Below, one piece after another: positions 48,810 to 58,226 of a DNA stretch of 64,000 nt; positions within the stretch are counted from its first letter, which is position 1, and the number at the start of each line of letters is the position of its first letter. This stretch comes from Planctomycetota bacterium (lineage in GTDB: Bacteria > Planctomycetota > UBA1135 > UBA2386): assembly GCA_965228735.1 (NCBI GenBank), contig OZ245838.1, positions 3,552,001 to 3,616,000 on the forward strand, given 5' to 3'. Below the pieces are notes generated by a model, which saw only the letters and a program-made list of their open reading frames with translations, was not told where the DNA came from and searched no databases. A program made the position numbers and the translations under genes.

Positions 48810-49289
48810 TCACGACCGCGCGAGCCGTTCGAGGGCGTCCCCCTCGAGCCGGCAGACCCGCCAGTCCGTCATGAGGCGGGCGCCGTGGCGTTCGTAGAAC
48901 TGGATCGCCTTCACGTTCCAGTCGAGCACGCACCAATCGAGTCGACTGCAGCCGCGTTCGATCGCGAGCGCCGCGAGCGAGCGCAACAACGTGAGGCCGA
49001 CGCCGCCGCTGCGATGCTCGGGCAGGACGAACAGGTCCTCGAGGTAGAGACACGGCCGGGTGAGGAACGTGGAGTAGTTCGTGAAGTACAGCGCGAACCC
49101 GACGGGCTGACCCTCGACCTCCGCGATCAACGAACCGAACACCGGGTGGTCGGCGCTGAGCTGATCGCGCAGACGCTGCTCGTCGACATCGAGCTGGTGC
49201 TCGAGCTTCTCGAAGCGGGCGAGTTCGCGAATGAAGTGCGCGATGTGACCGGCGTCGTCAGGGCCGGCGGATCGGATCGTCGGGGTCAT
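48810..49289 (-). CDS. GNAT N-acetyltransferase (diamine/spermidine acetyltransferase-like)
   Basis: IRELARFEKL, GFALYF.NYSTF, LYLEDLFV.P..R..G.G, VLDWN..AI.FY. Confidence 0.92.
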   Translation of the reverse strand: MTPTIRSAGPDDAGHIAHFIRELARFEKLEHQLDVDEQRLRDQLSADHPVFGSLIAEVEGQPVGFALYFTNYSTFLTRPCLYLEDLFVLPEHRSGGVGLTLLRSLAALAIERGCSRLDWCVLDWNVKAIQFYERHGARLMTDWRVCRLEGDALERLARS

Positions 49290-49516
49290 GGGCGGTAGAT
49301 GATGTGGCCGTCCGGGCCGGCAACCGACCGACCGTCGATCGGCGTCAACTCGACGGTCACGCGGTCACCGGCGAGGATGCGACGGCCTTCGTCGCGGAGC
49401 GCTGCGGCGAGCTCGACCAGCAGGACCTGCCCGCCGTCGATCCTGACGCGGAACTTCGCATCGGCAACGGCTGCCAGGACCGTGCCGGGCAGGGCCAGGC
49501 GTTCGTCGTTCGTCAC
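49286..49516 (-). CDS. Divergent translation initiation factor IF-1-like (S1/OB-fold) protein
   Basis: 76 aa: GTVLAAVADAKFRVRIDGG..L...A.LR....RILAGDRVTVELTP.D...GHIIYRP. Confidence 0.7.
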   Translation of the reverse strand: MTNDERLALPGTVLAAVADAKFRVRIDGGQVLLVELAAALRDEGRRILAGDRVTVELTPIDGRSVAGPDGHIIYRP

Positions 49517-49609
49517 GGGCCGGGGATTGTACCGCCCCGCTGATGCAGTGAGCAACCGACGGGCTCGCCCTTGCGGTCGCGGCCCCGGCCCGCCAGAGTT
49601 CATCCGCGC

Positions 49610-50209
49610 ATGGGACGCTTCGACGCCGCCTACTACGAGAAGTTCTACGAGGACCGCAAGACGTGCGTCAGCGACCTCGCGGCGGTCCGGCGCCTCGCGC
49701 GCTTCGTGGCGGGCTACGTGGCCCACCTCGACGTTCCAGTGCGCTCGATCCTCGACGTCGGTTGCGGCGTGGGCCACTGGCGCACCGTCGCCGCCGAGCT
49801 GTGGCCCCGGGCGAAGTATCACGGCGTCGAGGTCAGCGAGTATCTCTGTGACAAGTTCGGGTGGACGCACGCGTCGATCGTCGATCTCGACCCCACGCGC
49901 TTGCGGAAGGACGGCTCGTTCGACCTCGTGATCTGCCAGGGCGTGCTGCAATACCTGCCGGACCGCCAGGCCGCGCGCGCCATCCAGAACCTCGGCGACT
50001 GGTGCGGCGGCGCGCTCTACCTCGAGGCGCTGACGGAACGGGACTGGCGCGAGAACTGCGACCGGAATCGCACGGACGGTGACGTGCACCTGCGGGCCGG
50101 CGCGTGGTATCGCAAACGCCTCGCCCGGCGCTTCGACGCGTGCGGCGGTGGCGTGTTCGTGAGCCGCGAGGCGGGCGTCACGTTGTTCGAACTGGAGGGA
50201 CAGGAATGA
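49610..50209 (+). CDS. Class I SAM-dependent methyltransferase
   Basis: FDAAYY, ILDVGCGVG, GVEVS, FDLVIC.GVLQY. Confidence 0.88.
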   Translation: MGRFDAAYYEKFYEDRKTCVSDLAAVRRLARFVAGYVAHLDVPVRSILDVGCGVGHWRTVAAELWPRAKYHGVEVSEYLCDKFGWTHASIVDLDPTRLRKDGSFDLVICQGVLQYLPDRQAARAIQNLGDWCGGALYLEALTERDWRENCDRNRTDGDVHLRAGAWYRKRLARRFDACGGGVFVSREAGVTLFELEGQE

Positions 50210-52125
50210 CGACGATGGACTTCTTCGGCCACCAGCAACGCGCACGCTCGGCCTCGAAGTGGCTCGTCGTGCTGTTCGTGCTCGCGGTCGTCTCGATCAT
50301 CGTCCTGGTATACCTCGTCGCGATCGTCACGCTCAACGTCAGCGACGTGCGCGGCGGCGTGTGGCAGCCCGCGGTGTTCTTCGCCGTCGCCGGCGGGGTC
50401 GTCGCGACCGTCGTGATCGCGATGCTGTTCAAGACGACGCAGCTGAGCGCGGGCGGCGGCACGGTGGCCCAGATGATGGGCGGCCGCCGCGTCGACCCCG
50501 CGACCACGGACCATCTGGACAAGGTGCTGCACAACGTCGTCGAGGAGATGGCGATCGCGTCCGGCATCCCGGTGCCCGAGGTCTACGTGCTCGACGGCGA
50601 ACCGGGCATGAACGCGTTCGCCGCGGGCTGGGGCACCGAGGACGCCGCGGTCGCCGTCACGCGTGGCCTGCTCGAGAACCTCGACCGCGACGAGCTGCAG
50701 GGCGTGATCGCGCACGAGTTCAGCCACGTCTTCCACGGCGACATGCGGCTCAACATCCGCCTCATGGGCGTGCTGTTCGGCATCATGTGCCTCACGACGA
50801 TCGGCCGGATCCTGCTCTATTCCGGCGGCGGCCGCGACCGCAAGAACGGCGGCGGGGTGGTCGTCTTCGGCCTCGCGCTGGTCCTCATCGGTTTCCTCGG
50901 CGTGCTGTTCGCGCGGTTGATCCAGGCCGCGGTCTCGCGGCAGCGCGAGTACCTCGCCGACGCCAGCGCGGTCGCCTACACGCGCAACCCGCGCGGCATC
51001 GGCATGGCGCTCGCCAAGATCGGCGGCATCGGCTCCGTCGTCGAGAACGCCCATGCCGACGAGACGAGCCACATGATGTTCGCGACCGGCGTGAAGAGCC
51101 TCATCGGCGGCGCGTTCGCGACCCACCCGCCGATCGTGGATCGCGTCACGCGCGTGCTGCCGGCGGTCAAATCGGTGCTGCAGCAGTCGGAATCCATGGC
51201 TGCCGCGGTCGATTCCGTCGCGCCACCCGCCGGCGCGGCAGGGTTCGCAGGCGGTGCCGCTCGCGCTCCCGGCGCCGCAGCCGGCGGCGTCCGCTCGAGC
51301 GCGTTGCTCGAGCACGTCGGCGACCCGCAGCCCGAGCACGTCGCAGCCGCACGCGAACTCATCGAGCAGCTGCCGCTCGACCTCGTCGCCGCCGCGCACG
51401 ACCCCAACGAGGCGCCCGCGCTCGTGCTCGCGATGCTGTTCGACCGCGACTCCAGGGCCCGCGACGCGCAGCTCGAGCAGCTCGCCGAACGCGACACGCC
51501 CGCGATTCAACGCGCCCGGATGTTCGTGCCCACCCTCGGGCAGGCCGGCGAGCGCGCGCTCCTGCCGCTGCTCGAGATGGCGATCCCCGCGCTCCGTCGG
51601 CTGCCGGCGGCAGAACGCGAACAGCTGCGGCGCACGGCGCGCCACCTCGCAGAGGCCGACGAAGAGATCACCCCGTTCGAGTTCGCGTTGCTCAAGACGA
51701 TCGAGAAGTTCGTGCCCGCGAGCGGTGACGGCGCCCGACCGACGCAGAACCGGCGGCGCCCGACCGCGCTCGCGCAGCACGGCGACGCGATCGCGGTCGT
51801 GCTGTCGACGCTCGCCCGCGCCGGCACCGAGGACGAGGCCGAGATCGAACGCGCGTTCACGACCGCGGCACGTCATCTCGCGATCCCGAGCAACCTCAAC
51901 CTGCTGCCGCCGGCGCAGTCGACGGTCATCGCGCTGGAGCGCAGCCTCGACGAGCTCGAGCCGGTGTCGCCCCACGGCAAACGCAACCTGCTCGCAGCAT
52001 GCGTCGCGGCAGCCGGCGCCGACGGCACGATCCTGCCGAGCGAGGCCGATCTCCTGCGCGCGATCGCGGAGCTGTGGGACTGCCCGATCCCGCTCGTCGT
52101 CAGTCACGCCGCCGCGAACGCTTGA
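50206..52125 (+). CDS. M48 (HtpX-like) zinc metallopeptidase with helical C-terminal extension
   Basis: MDFF..Q, NVVEEMAIASG.PVP, NAFAAG, IAHEFSH (HExxH), SRQREYLADA, THPP. Confidence 0.92.
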   Translation: MTTMDFFGHQQRARSASKWLVVLFVLAVVSIIVLVYLVAIVTLNVSDVRGGVWQPAVFFAVAGGVVATVVIAMLFKTTQLSAGGGTVAQMMGGRRVDPATTDHLDKVLHNVVEEMAIASGIPVPEVYVLDGEPGMNAFAAGWGTEDAAVAVTRGLLENLDRDELQGVIAHEFSHVFHGDMRLNIRLMGVLFGIMCLTTIGRILLYSGGGRDRKNGGGVVVFGLALVLIGFLGVLFARLIQAAVSRQREYLADASAVAYTRNPRGIGMALAKIGGIGSVVENAHADETSHMMFATGVKSLIGGAFATHPPIVDRVTRVLPAVKSVLQQSESMAAAVDSVAPPAGAAGFAGGAARAPGAAAGGVRSSALLEHVGDPQPEHVAAARELIEQLPLDLVAAAHDPNEAPALVLAMLFDRDSRARDAQLEQLAERDTPAIQRARMFVPTLGQAGERALLPLLEMAIPALRRLPAAEREQLRRTARHLAEADEEITPFEFALLKTIEKFVPASGDGARPTQNRRRPTALAQHGDAIAVVLSTLARAGTEDEAEIERAFTTAARHLAIPSNLNLLPPAQSTVIALERSLDELEPVSPHGKRNLLAACVAAAGADGTILPSEADLLRAIAELWDCPIPLVVSHAAANA

Positions 52126-52316
52126 CGCGAGGCGATCGGACGCTGCTGCCGGACGTTCGCCGCATCGTCGACGCCCCGATCGAGCGGGGCGGTCCCGCTT
52201 CGAGACGATAGGGGATGACCCCAACACCGGCGGCTGCGCCGCAGACGATGCCCGCCATGCCGTGGCATCCGCCGCGGTCGGCGCGCTTCGGATGCGCCAC
52301 ACGCAGAGGATCGACC

Positions 52317-53039
52317 ATGACCACCCAGACCGCCGCCACCGAACCGCGTTCGATCAACCGACTCGCGCGCACGGTGCACGAACTGCGCACCCCACTCACA
52401 TCCGTGATCGCGACGCTGGAGCTGCTCAAGCTCGAGAGCGTGACTCGTGACGAGGCCGAGGACCTGCTCGAGGGCGCCACCGCTGCCGCCCTGCATCTCG
52501 ATCATCTGATCGGCGACATCCTCGACGAGGAGGCGATCGCGTCGGGCCGTCTGCGCCTCGTGCAGGGCCGCCACCGGGTTCGGGATCTGCTCGACGAAGT
52601 CGCGCGGATCATCGGCCTGCAGGCGATCGATCGCGGCATCCACCTGATTCTGGACGAGCCGGACCTGCGACTGCGCGTCCTGACGGATGAACGCCGTTTC
52701 GTGCAGGTCGCGCTCAACCTCATCGGCAACGCGCTGAAGTTCGCGCCGCGCGGCGGCCGCATCGAAGTACGGGTCCTGCCGTCGAAGAGCGCCGTGCGCT
52801 TCGAAGTGATGGACAACGGTCCCGGCGTGCCGCCAGCGACGCGCGACCAGCTGTTCGTTCCGTTCGCGCCGATCGCGCCGCACGCGCCGGTTCGCGGCAC
52901 GGGGCTCGGGCTGGCGCTGACGAAGCAGCTCACCCAGCTGCTCGGCGGCCAGATCGGGTTCGAGCCGGTGCGGCCGCACGGCTCCTGCTTTTGGTTCGAA
53001 GTCCCGCGCGCCGTTGCGCCGATGCCCGGCGCGACCTAA
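52317..53039 (+). CDS. Cytoplasmic histidine kinase (HisKA + HATPase only)
   Basis: GAGGA RBS; HELRTPL, NLIGNALKF, DNGPG, GTGLGL. Confidence 0.9.
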   Translation: MTTQTAATEPRSINRLARTVHELRTPLTSVIATLELLKLESVTRDEAEDLLEGATAAALHLDHLIGDILDEEAIASGRLRLVQGRHRVRDLLDEVARIIGLQAIDRGIHLILDEPDLRLRVLTDERRFVQVALNLIGNALKFAPRGGRIEVRVLPSKSAVRFEVMDNGPGVPPATRDQLFVPFAPIAPHAPVRGTGLGLALTKQLTQLLGGQIGFEPVRPHGSCFWFEVPRAVAPMPGAT

Positions 53040-53049
53040 TCATGGGGTG

Positions 53050-53877
53050 ATGCGACGCGGACCCGGACCAGGCAGCAACTCCCTCGCAGCCGGTCTCGCG
53101 CTCGCGAGCGTCACGTCGGCGGTGCTCTCGTTCGGGCCCACGGCAACGGCCCAGGCGCCGGCCGTCGAGTTGCCGACGCGCTTCACCAACATCGGCGGCA
53201 CGTTCGCGCTCGACCTGCCGCGCGGCTTTCGCCAACTCGCGCCGAACGAGGCCCGGACGCTCGCCGAACGGAGCGACACTCCGCGCGATCTCCGGACGAC
53301 CTCGCCGCGCGCGTTCTACGCGGTCGGCGACGTCGACAGCTGGCTGCAGGAGGCCATCGCGAGCCCGTGGCTCTACGTGATGGAGCAGGAGCACGAGTGG
53401 CACATCGACGGCGACTTCCCGACGCTGCTGCGCGACCGCTGGACGAGCAACGGCAAGGAAACCGGCACGCAGTACGAGATCAGCGACGTGCGCGAGGCCG
53501 AGATCGGACCGGGCGCGCACTCGGTGTGGCTGGCGCTGCGGACCAGCCGGCCGACGTCCGGACCGGCGGTGCGCAGCCTCGACGTCTACGCGCCGACGGG
53601 CGGGCGCCAGGTCACCCTGTCGTTCTGCGCGTTCGAGCCGGACTTCGCGATCTGGCAGGCGACGTTCGAGCGCGCACTCGCGACCCTGACGTTCTCCCGC
53701 CCACCCCGGGGGGAGGTCAGCATGTCGGATCGGATGTGGACGCCGATCATCACGGGTGCCCTGGTCGGGCTCATCCTGCTCGTGCTCTACAAACACACCC
53801 GCAACCGCACCCGGCAAACCGGCGAACCGGGCAGCGCGCCGGATCGCCCACGAGATGGCCCACACGATGGTCCGTAG
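53050..53877 (+). CDS. Exported hypothetical protein with C-terminal TM anchor
   Basis: Signal-like N-terminus (ATA-Q), C-terminal IITGALVGLILLVLY followed by basic residues. Confidence 0.7.
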   Translation: MRRGPGPGSNSLAAGLALASVTSAVLSFGPTATAQAPAVELPTRFTNIGGTFALDLPRGFRQLAPNEARTLAERSDTPRDLRTTSPRAFYAVGDVDSWLQEAIASPWLYVMEQEHEWHIDGDFPTLLRDRWTSNGKETGTQYEISDVREAEIGPGAHSVWLALRTSRPTSGPAVRSLDVYAPTGGRQVTLSFCAFEPDFAIWQATFERALATLTFSRPPRGEVSMSDRMWTPIITGALVGLILLVLYKHTRNRTRQTGEPGSAPDRPRDGPHDGP

Positions 53878-53890
53878 AGCCCCCTCGGAG

Positions 53891-53938
53891 CGGCAACCAG
53901 CCCCGCACCCGGCCCCCCACCCCGGGTCGGTTGCCGCG
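53891..53938 (+). terminator. Stem-loop downstream of 53050-53877
   Basis: gcggcaacc...ggttgccgc with inner acccgg/ccgggt. Confidence 0.35.
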
Positions 53939-53966
53939 GACCGTCACCCCGGATCGCCCCCCCGAG

Positions 53967-53994
53967 TTGAGTCCCGTGCCGGACCAGTTACGAT
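53967..53994 (+). promoter_or_regulatory. Putative sigma70 promoter for the DUF2779 gene
   Basis: TTGAGT-N16-TACGAT. Confidence 0.4.
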
Positions 53995-54099
53995 TGCCCC
54001 CGATACACCGAGTCTCGCATCCCGTGGCGCGCTGCGCGACGGGCGGGCTCACCCCAGGCCGAGGCCTCACGCCCCGGCATCGCCCCGCGAGCCGACCGC

Positions 54100-55710
54100 A
54101 TGGTCCGGCTCGCGAACGACCCCCGACCCGTTGCCTTGAACAAGACCCCATCGCGCGAGAGCGAACGTAACCTCGACAAGCCGCTCGTCGAAGCCGGCAC
54201 CCAGTGCCGCAAGCGGCTCTGGCTCGACTATCACCAGCCCGTCGAGACCGAACTCAACGCCACCCGCCAGACGCTGTCCGCGGTCGGTCAGCGACTGCTC
54301 GAGCTCGCGCGCAGCGCGTTCCCGATGGGCGTGCTCATCGAGGAGGACTCGACGACGGCTGCGGCCGAGAAGACGCAGGAACTGCTGGCCGGCGACGCCC
54401 CCGTGCTGTTCGGCGCGACGTTCCAGAAGGACGGCGTCGAGGTCGAGTGCGACATCCTGGTGCGACACAAGGACGGCTTCTTCGATCTCTACGAGATCAA
54501 GTCCGGAACCAAGATCACGCAGCGCTACCTCAACGACCTCGCGCTGCAGGTTCACGTGCTGCAGGCGACGGGCGCCAAGCTCCGCGCCACGTTCCTGCTG
54601 CACCAGAACGCGCAGTACTCCCACACCGAGGACACCGACTTCCCGCCGATGCAGCTGCTGCGCAGTTCGGACGTGACGGCCAAGGTGCAGAAGCAGGTTC
54701 CGCACGTGGCGACCCGCGTCGCGGCGTTCCAGAAGCTCGTGGCCGAGTCCGAGGCGCCCACGCACCCGATGGGCACCTACTGCATCGCGCCGTCGCGGTG
54801 CCCGCACTTCGATGTCTGCGCCAAGGGCGCGGCCAAGAACCCGGTCTACGAACTGCCGGAGATCACGCGCCAGCAGGAAGGCGCGCTCGCGACCGACGGC
54901 CTGACCGACATTCGCGAGCTCGACGCCGACCGCAAGGGGCTGACCTACGCCCAGAAGCGCACGGTCGAAGCCGTCAAGACCGGCGAGCTCATCGTCGAGG
55001 ACTTCGTGCAGGAGGAGCTGCGCGAGTGCGAGTTCCCGCTGCACTTCGTCGCGCTGGCAACCGTCACCGACGCGCTGCCGCGTTTCACGGGCCAGCGGCC
55101 GTGGCGCCAGACGCCGTACGCCTGGAGCGCTCACACGCTGCACGAGGACGGCCGCATCGAGAACGCGTCGTTCGCGCTCGCCGACCGCACCGACCCGCGC
55201 GAAGCCGTGATGAAGGGCCTCGGCCGCCACGTCGAGACCGGCGGCACGATCGTGTGCTGGAACTCCGACAACATCGAGAGCATGCGCGCGTTGCTGGACG
55301 ACGCGCCGGCAGCCAAGCCGAGTGTCCGCACCGTTCTCGGCCGGCCGATCGTCGACCTGATGCAGCTGTTCGAGACCGGCGTGTTCCACCCCGAGCTGCG
55401 CGGACACTCGGACCTCGGCCGGTCGGTCGCGGCCCTGCTCGGTGACAAGAGCGGCAAGAAGCAGGCGGTGCAGGACGAGAACGACCTGCGCGAGCTGCTC
55501 GAGCGCACCTTCGCGCCGCGGGTGCGCGCGACGACCAAGCAGAAGGTCGCCGGTCAGATCGAGGAGTCGATGCGGTGGCGGAGCGAGCAGATGCTCGCGC
55601 TGTTCCGCAAGTTCGCCAAGTTCGAGGCGAACGGCGACCAGCCGGAGAAGAAGCGCCCCGGTTCGAAGAGTCCCAGCCCGGCCAAGACCCTGCCGCCGAT
55701 CGAAGAGTAG
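54100..55710 (+). CDS. DUF2779 / RecB-family (PD-(D/E)xK) nuclease-like protein
   Basis: QC.KRLWL, ATF, CDILV, LYEIKS, DLA.Q, C..P..CP....C, RP..Q.P..WS.H; start codon uncertain. Confidence 0.8.
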   Translation: MVRLANDPRPVALNKTPSRESERNLDKPLVEAGTQCRKRLWLDYHQPVETELNATRQTLSAVGQRLLELARSAFPMGVLIEEDSTTAAAEKTQELLAGDAPVLFGATFQKDGVEVECDILVRHKDGFFDLYEIKSGTKITQRYLNDLALQVHVLQATGAKLRATFLLHQNAQYSHTEDTDFPPMQLLRSSDVTAKVQKQVPHVATRVAAFQKLVAESEAPTHPMGTYCIAPSRCPHFDVCAKGAAKNPVYELPEITRQQEGALATDGLTDIRELDADRKGLTYAQKRTVEAVKTGELIVEDFVQEELRECEFPLHFVALATVTDALPRFTGQRPWRQTPYAWSAHTLHEDGRIENASFALADRTDPREAVMKGLGRHVETGGTIVCWNSDNIESMRALLDDAPAAKPSVRTVLGRPIVDLMQLFETGVFHPELRGHSDLGRSVAALLGDKSGKKQAVQDENDLRELLERTFAPRVRATTKQKVAGQIEESMRWRSEQMLALFRKFAKFEANGDQPEKKRPGSKSPSPAKTLPPIEE

Positions 55711-55794
55711 GTCGCCCCGCTCTCCGAACCCGCCCGCCCGCCACGTTCTTCCGGCCCGCCCGCCCGCCGGGGTCGCCGGATGGCGCAGCCGGGG

Positions 55795-57624
55795 TCAGTC
55801 GCCGCGGCGCGAGACGATGACGTGATACGGCACGACGCGGCGCCCGGCGGCAGCGCCTGCCCCTCCGTCGTCGGCCGGCGGCCGATCCCCGTCGATGAGC
55901 AGGACGCGCAACGTCGCGTTCCCGGCCGGCACCTCGACGTCCTCGAAGACGATCGTGTCCGTCGGGCCGGCGAGGCGCATCTCGCGCTCGATGTCCCCGA
56001 CCCGCAAGACCGCGCGCACGTCGCGCAGCGGTCGCCGCGCGATGACTCGAATGTCGTGCCGGTGATCGCCCGCGAAGCTCAACAGCCACTCGCCATCGCT
56101 GCCCCAGCCGTTGCCCGCGAGCCGTCGCCAATCCTGCTTGGTCAACACGGTCTCCGGCGCGAGCCCGCTGCCCACGACGATGCGCGGCGGCGCGTAGTTG
56201 TTCGGCCGAGTCGCCGACACATCGGCGAACCAGTCGTCGTAGAACGACAGCATCGACCGCACGACTTCGGGATGCTCGCTCGCTACGTCCGACGTCTCGG
56301 CAGGGTCCGCAGCGAGGTCGTAGAGCTGCCACGGGGCATCGGCGTTCTCCGGTTCCCGCCGCCCGAAGCCCGTCGGCCGCACGAGCTTGAACCGCGGGCC
56401 GCGCACGGCGACGTGATGCCCATGCAGCGGGGTGTCACCGCGGTGCACCTGCAGGACGAGGGACCGTTCCGGCCAATCGTCCGATTCGACGTCATCGCGC
56501 AGGAGCGGCGCGAGGCTCGTGCCGTCGAGCTTCAACGCGGCCGGCGGCGTGACGTCTGCGAACTCCAGCAGGGTCGGAACGATGTCGATGTGGGCCCCGA
56601 ACCCGACGCGGCGCGGGCCCGGAACGACCCGGCCGGGCCAGCGCACGAACAGCGGCGACCGGATGCCGCCCTCCCAGACGGTGCCCTTCGTGCCGCGCAA
56701 CCCGCCGTTGAAGCGCGGCTGCTGCGGACCGTTGTCGTGCAGGTAGACGACGATCGTGTCGTCTGCGCGGCCGCTCGCCTCGAGCGCCGCGAGCAGCCGC
56801 CCGACGTTGTGGTCGATGTTCTCGACCATCGCATACACCGCCGCGACCTGCTCGCGCTGGTCGGAGCCCTCCGGCAGCACGGCGGCCAGGTCGCGCCCGA
56901 GGTACTTCTCGCGCAGAGCGTCCGGCACGTCGTGCAACGGCGTGTGCGGCGCGTTTGGCGCGAGGTAGACGAAGAACGGGTCGTCCTTCGCGGTCTCGAC
57001 GAAGTCGATCGCCGCGTCGAAGTAGACGTCCGTGCAGAAGCCGCTCGTGCGCACCGCGCGGTCGTTCTCGAACAGGATCGGGTCGGTGTAGCGGCGCGCG
57101 TTCTCACGCGGCTCCGACGGCTGCGCGAGCCCGCCGCCGCGATGGACGAGCGACGTCTCGAAACCCTGATCGGACGCGCGCATCGGGTAGCAGTCACCGA
57201 GATGCCACTTGCCGAAGATGCCGGTGCGATAACCGACCGATCCGAGCATCTCCGCGATCGTGGCCTCGCCCGGATCCATCATCGAGCGGCCGATCCACGT
57301 GTCGATGACGCGGGTCCGGTAGGCGTAGCGCCCGGTCAACAGCGACGCGCGCGTCGGCGAGCAGACGGGGCTCACGTAGAAGTGCTCGAGGCGCGCACTT
57401 TCGCCCGCGAGCCGGTCGAGATTGGGCGTGTCGAGCACGGCGTTGCCGTGGCAGCCGAGATCGCCGTAGCCCTGGTCATCGGTCATGATGACGATGATGT
57501 TGGGGCGAACCGCCGGCGTGGGTTCCGGCGACGACGCGCACCCACTACAGGCAATCAGCGCCGCGACGAGGAGCCCGAAACCGATGATCGACGGGGCGCG
57601 GTGGCGAGAGTAGTCAGGTTTCAC
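55795..57624 (-). CDS. Arylsulfatase (formylglycine-dependent), probable lipoprotein
   Basis: PNIIVIMTDDQGYGD, CSPTRASLLTGR, GKWHLG, DNG, RGTKG..WEGGIR, LYDL..DP.E. Confidence 0.93.
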   Translation of the reverse strand: MKPDYSRHRAPSIIGFGLLVAALIACSGCASSPEPTPAVRPNIIVIMTDDQGYGDLGCHGNAVLDTPNLDRLAGESARLEHFYVSPVCSPTRASLLTGRYAYRTRVIDTWIGRSMMDPGEATIAEMLGSVGYRTGIFGKWHLGDCYPMRASDQGFETSLVHRGGGLAQPSEPRENARRYTDPILFENDRAVRTSGFCTDVYFDAAIDFVETAKDDPFFVYLAPNAPHTPLHDVPDALREKYLGRDLAAVLPEGSDQREQVAAVYAMVENIDHNVGRLLAALEASGRADDTIVVYLHDNGPQQPRFNGGLRGTKGTVWEGGIRSPLFVRWPGRVVPGPRRVGFGAHIDIVPTLLEFADVTPPAALKLDGTSLAPLLRDDVESDDWPERSLVLQVHRGDTPLHGHHVAVRGPRFKLVRPTGFGRREPENADAPWQLYDLAADPAETSDVASEHPEVVRSMLSFYDDWFADVSATRPNNYAPPRIVVGSGLAPETVLTKQDWRRLAGNGWGSDGEWLLSFAGDHRHDIRVIARRPLRDVRAVLRVGDIEREMRLAGPTDTIVFEDVEVPAGNATLRVLLIDGDRPPADDGGAGAAAGRRVVPYHVIVSRRGD

Positions 57625-58226
57625 GAGAGCTCGTTCTCGGTCGCGCCCGAGGCGCGAACGACCATCGTAGCAGTGACTCGGTCGTGCACCGTCCGCCGCC
57701 GGGAGTCGGCAATCAGCGCGATCGCGTAGATCAGGAGGAGCACGTACGGCGCCATATAGGTCCAGCGCCATTCGCCGGTCTCCCACCCCAGAAATTCTCC
57801 CGTCGAGCGGTCGACGAACGGGTTGTGCGGCAGATTGAGCGCGAGGTGCGCCGTCTCCCACGGCAGCAGCTTGATGATCGAACGCAAGACGCCGCGGCCG
57901 AGCGCGAACACCGCGCCATCGGTCGTGACGGTCCGCAGCCCGCACACCCGCTTGCCGATCGTCGCCCTCGCCGGCCCGCGGTCGAACCACGCGAAGTAGA
58001 GCATCGCGGGCGCCGAGATCGTCACGAGCACGTAGAGCTCGATCGCCCAACCCTGCCCGCGCCAACTCGTGTCGAGCTCGGATGCGAGCGGCGCGAACGC
58101 GAAGAACTGCGCCGCCATGAGCACGCTGTAGAGCAGCGTGCAGTCGAGCCAGTAGGCCAGCACGCGGCGCAGGATGCCCGCCGGCCGGCCGATCCCGACG
58201 CCATCATCCGAATCGAACGCCGTCAT
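57621..58226 (-). CDS. RDD family membrane protein
   Basis: RR.LAY.LD, ATIGKR..GLR, RR..HDR. Confidence 0.85.
   Translation of the reverse strand: MTAFDSDDGVGIGRPAGILRRVLAYWLDCTLLYSVLMAAQFFAFAPLASELDTSWRGQGWAIELYVLVTISAPAMLYFAWFDRGPARATIGKRVCGLRTVTTDGAVFALGRGVLRSIIKLLPWETAHLALNLPHNPFVDRSTGEFLGWETGEWRWTYMAPYVLLLIYAIALIADSRRRTVHDRVTATMVVRASGATENELS

Noticed and set aside
54100..55710. Cas4 / CRISPR adaptation gene
   Set aside because: Shares only the RecB-like fold; it is much longer, has a DUF2779-type C-terminus, and no cas1/cas2 or array is present.
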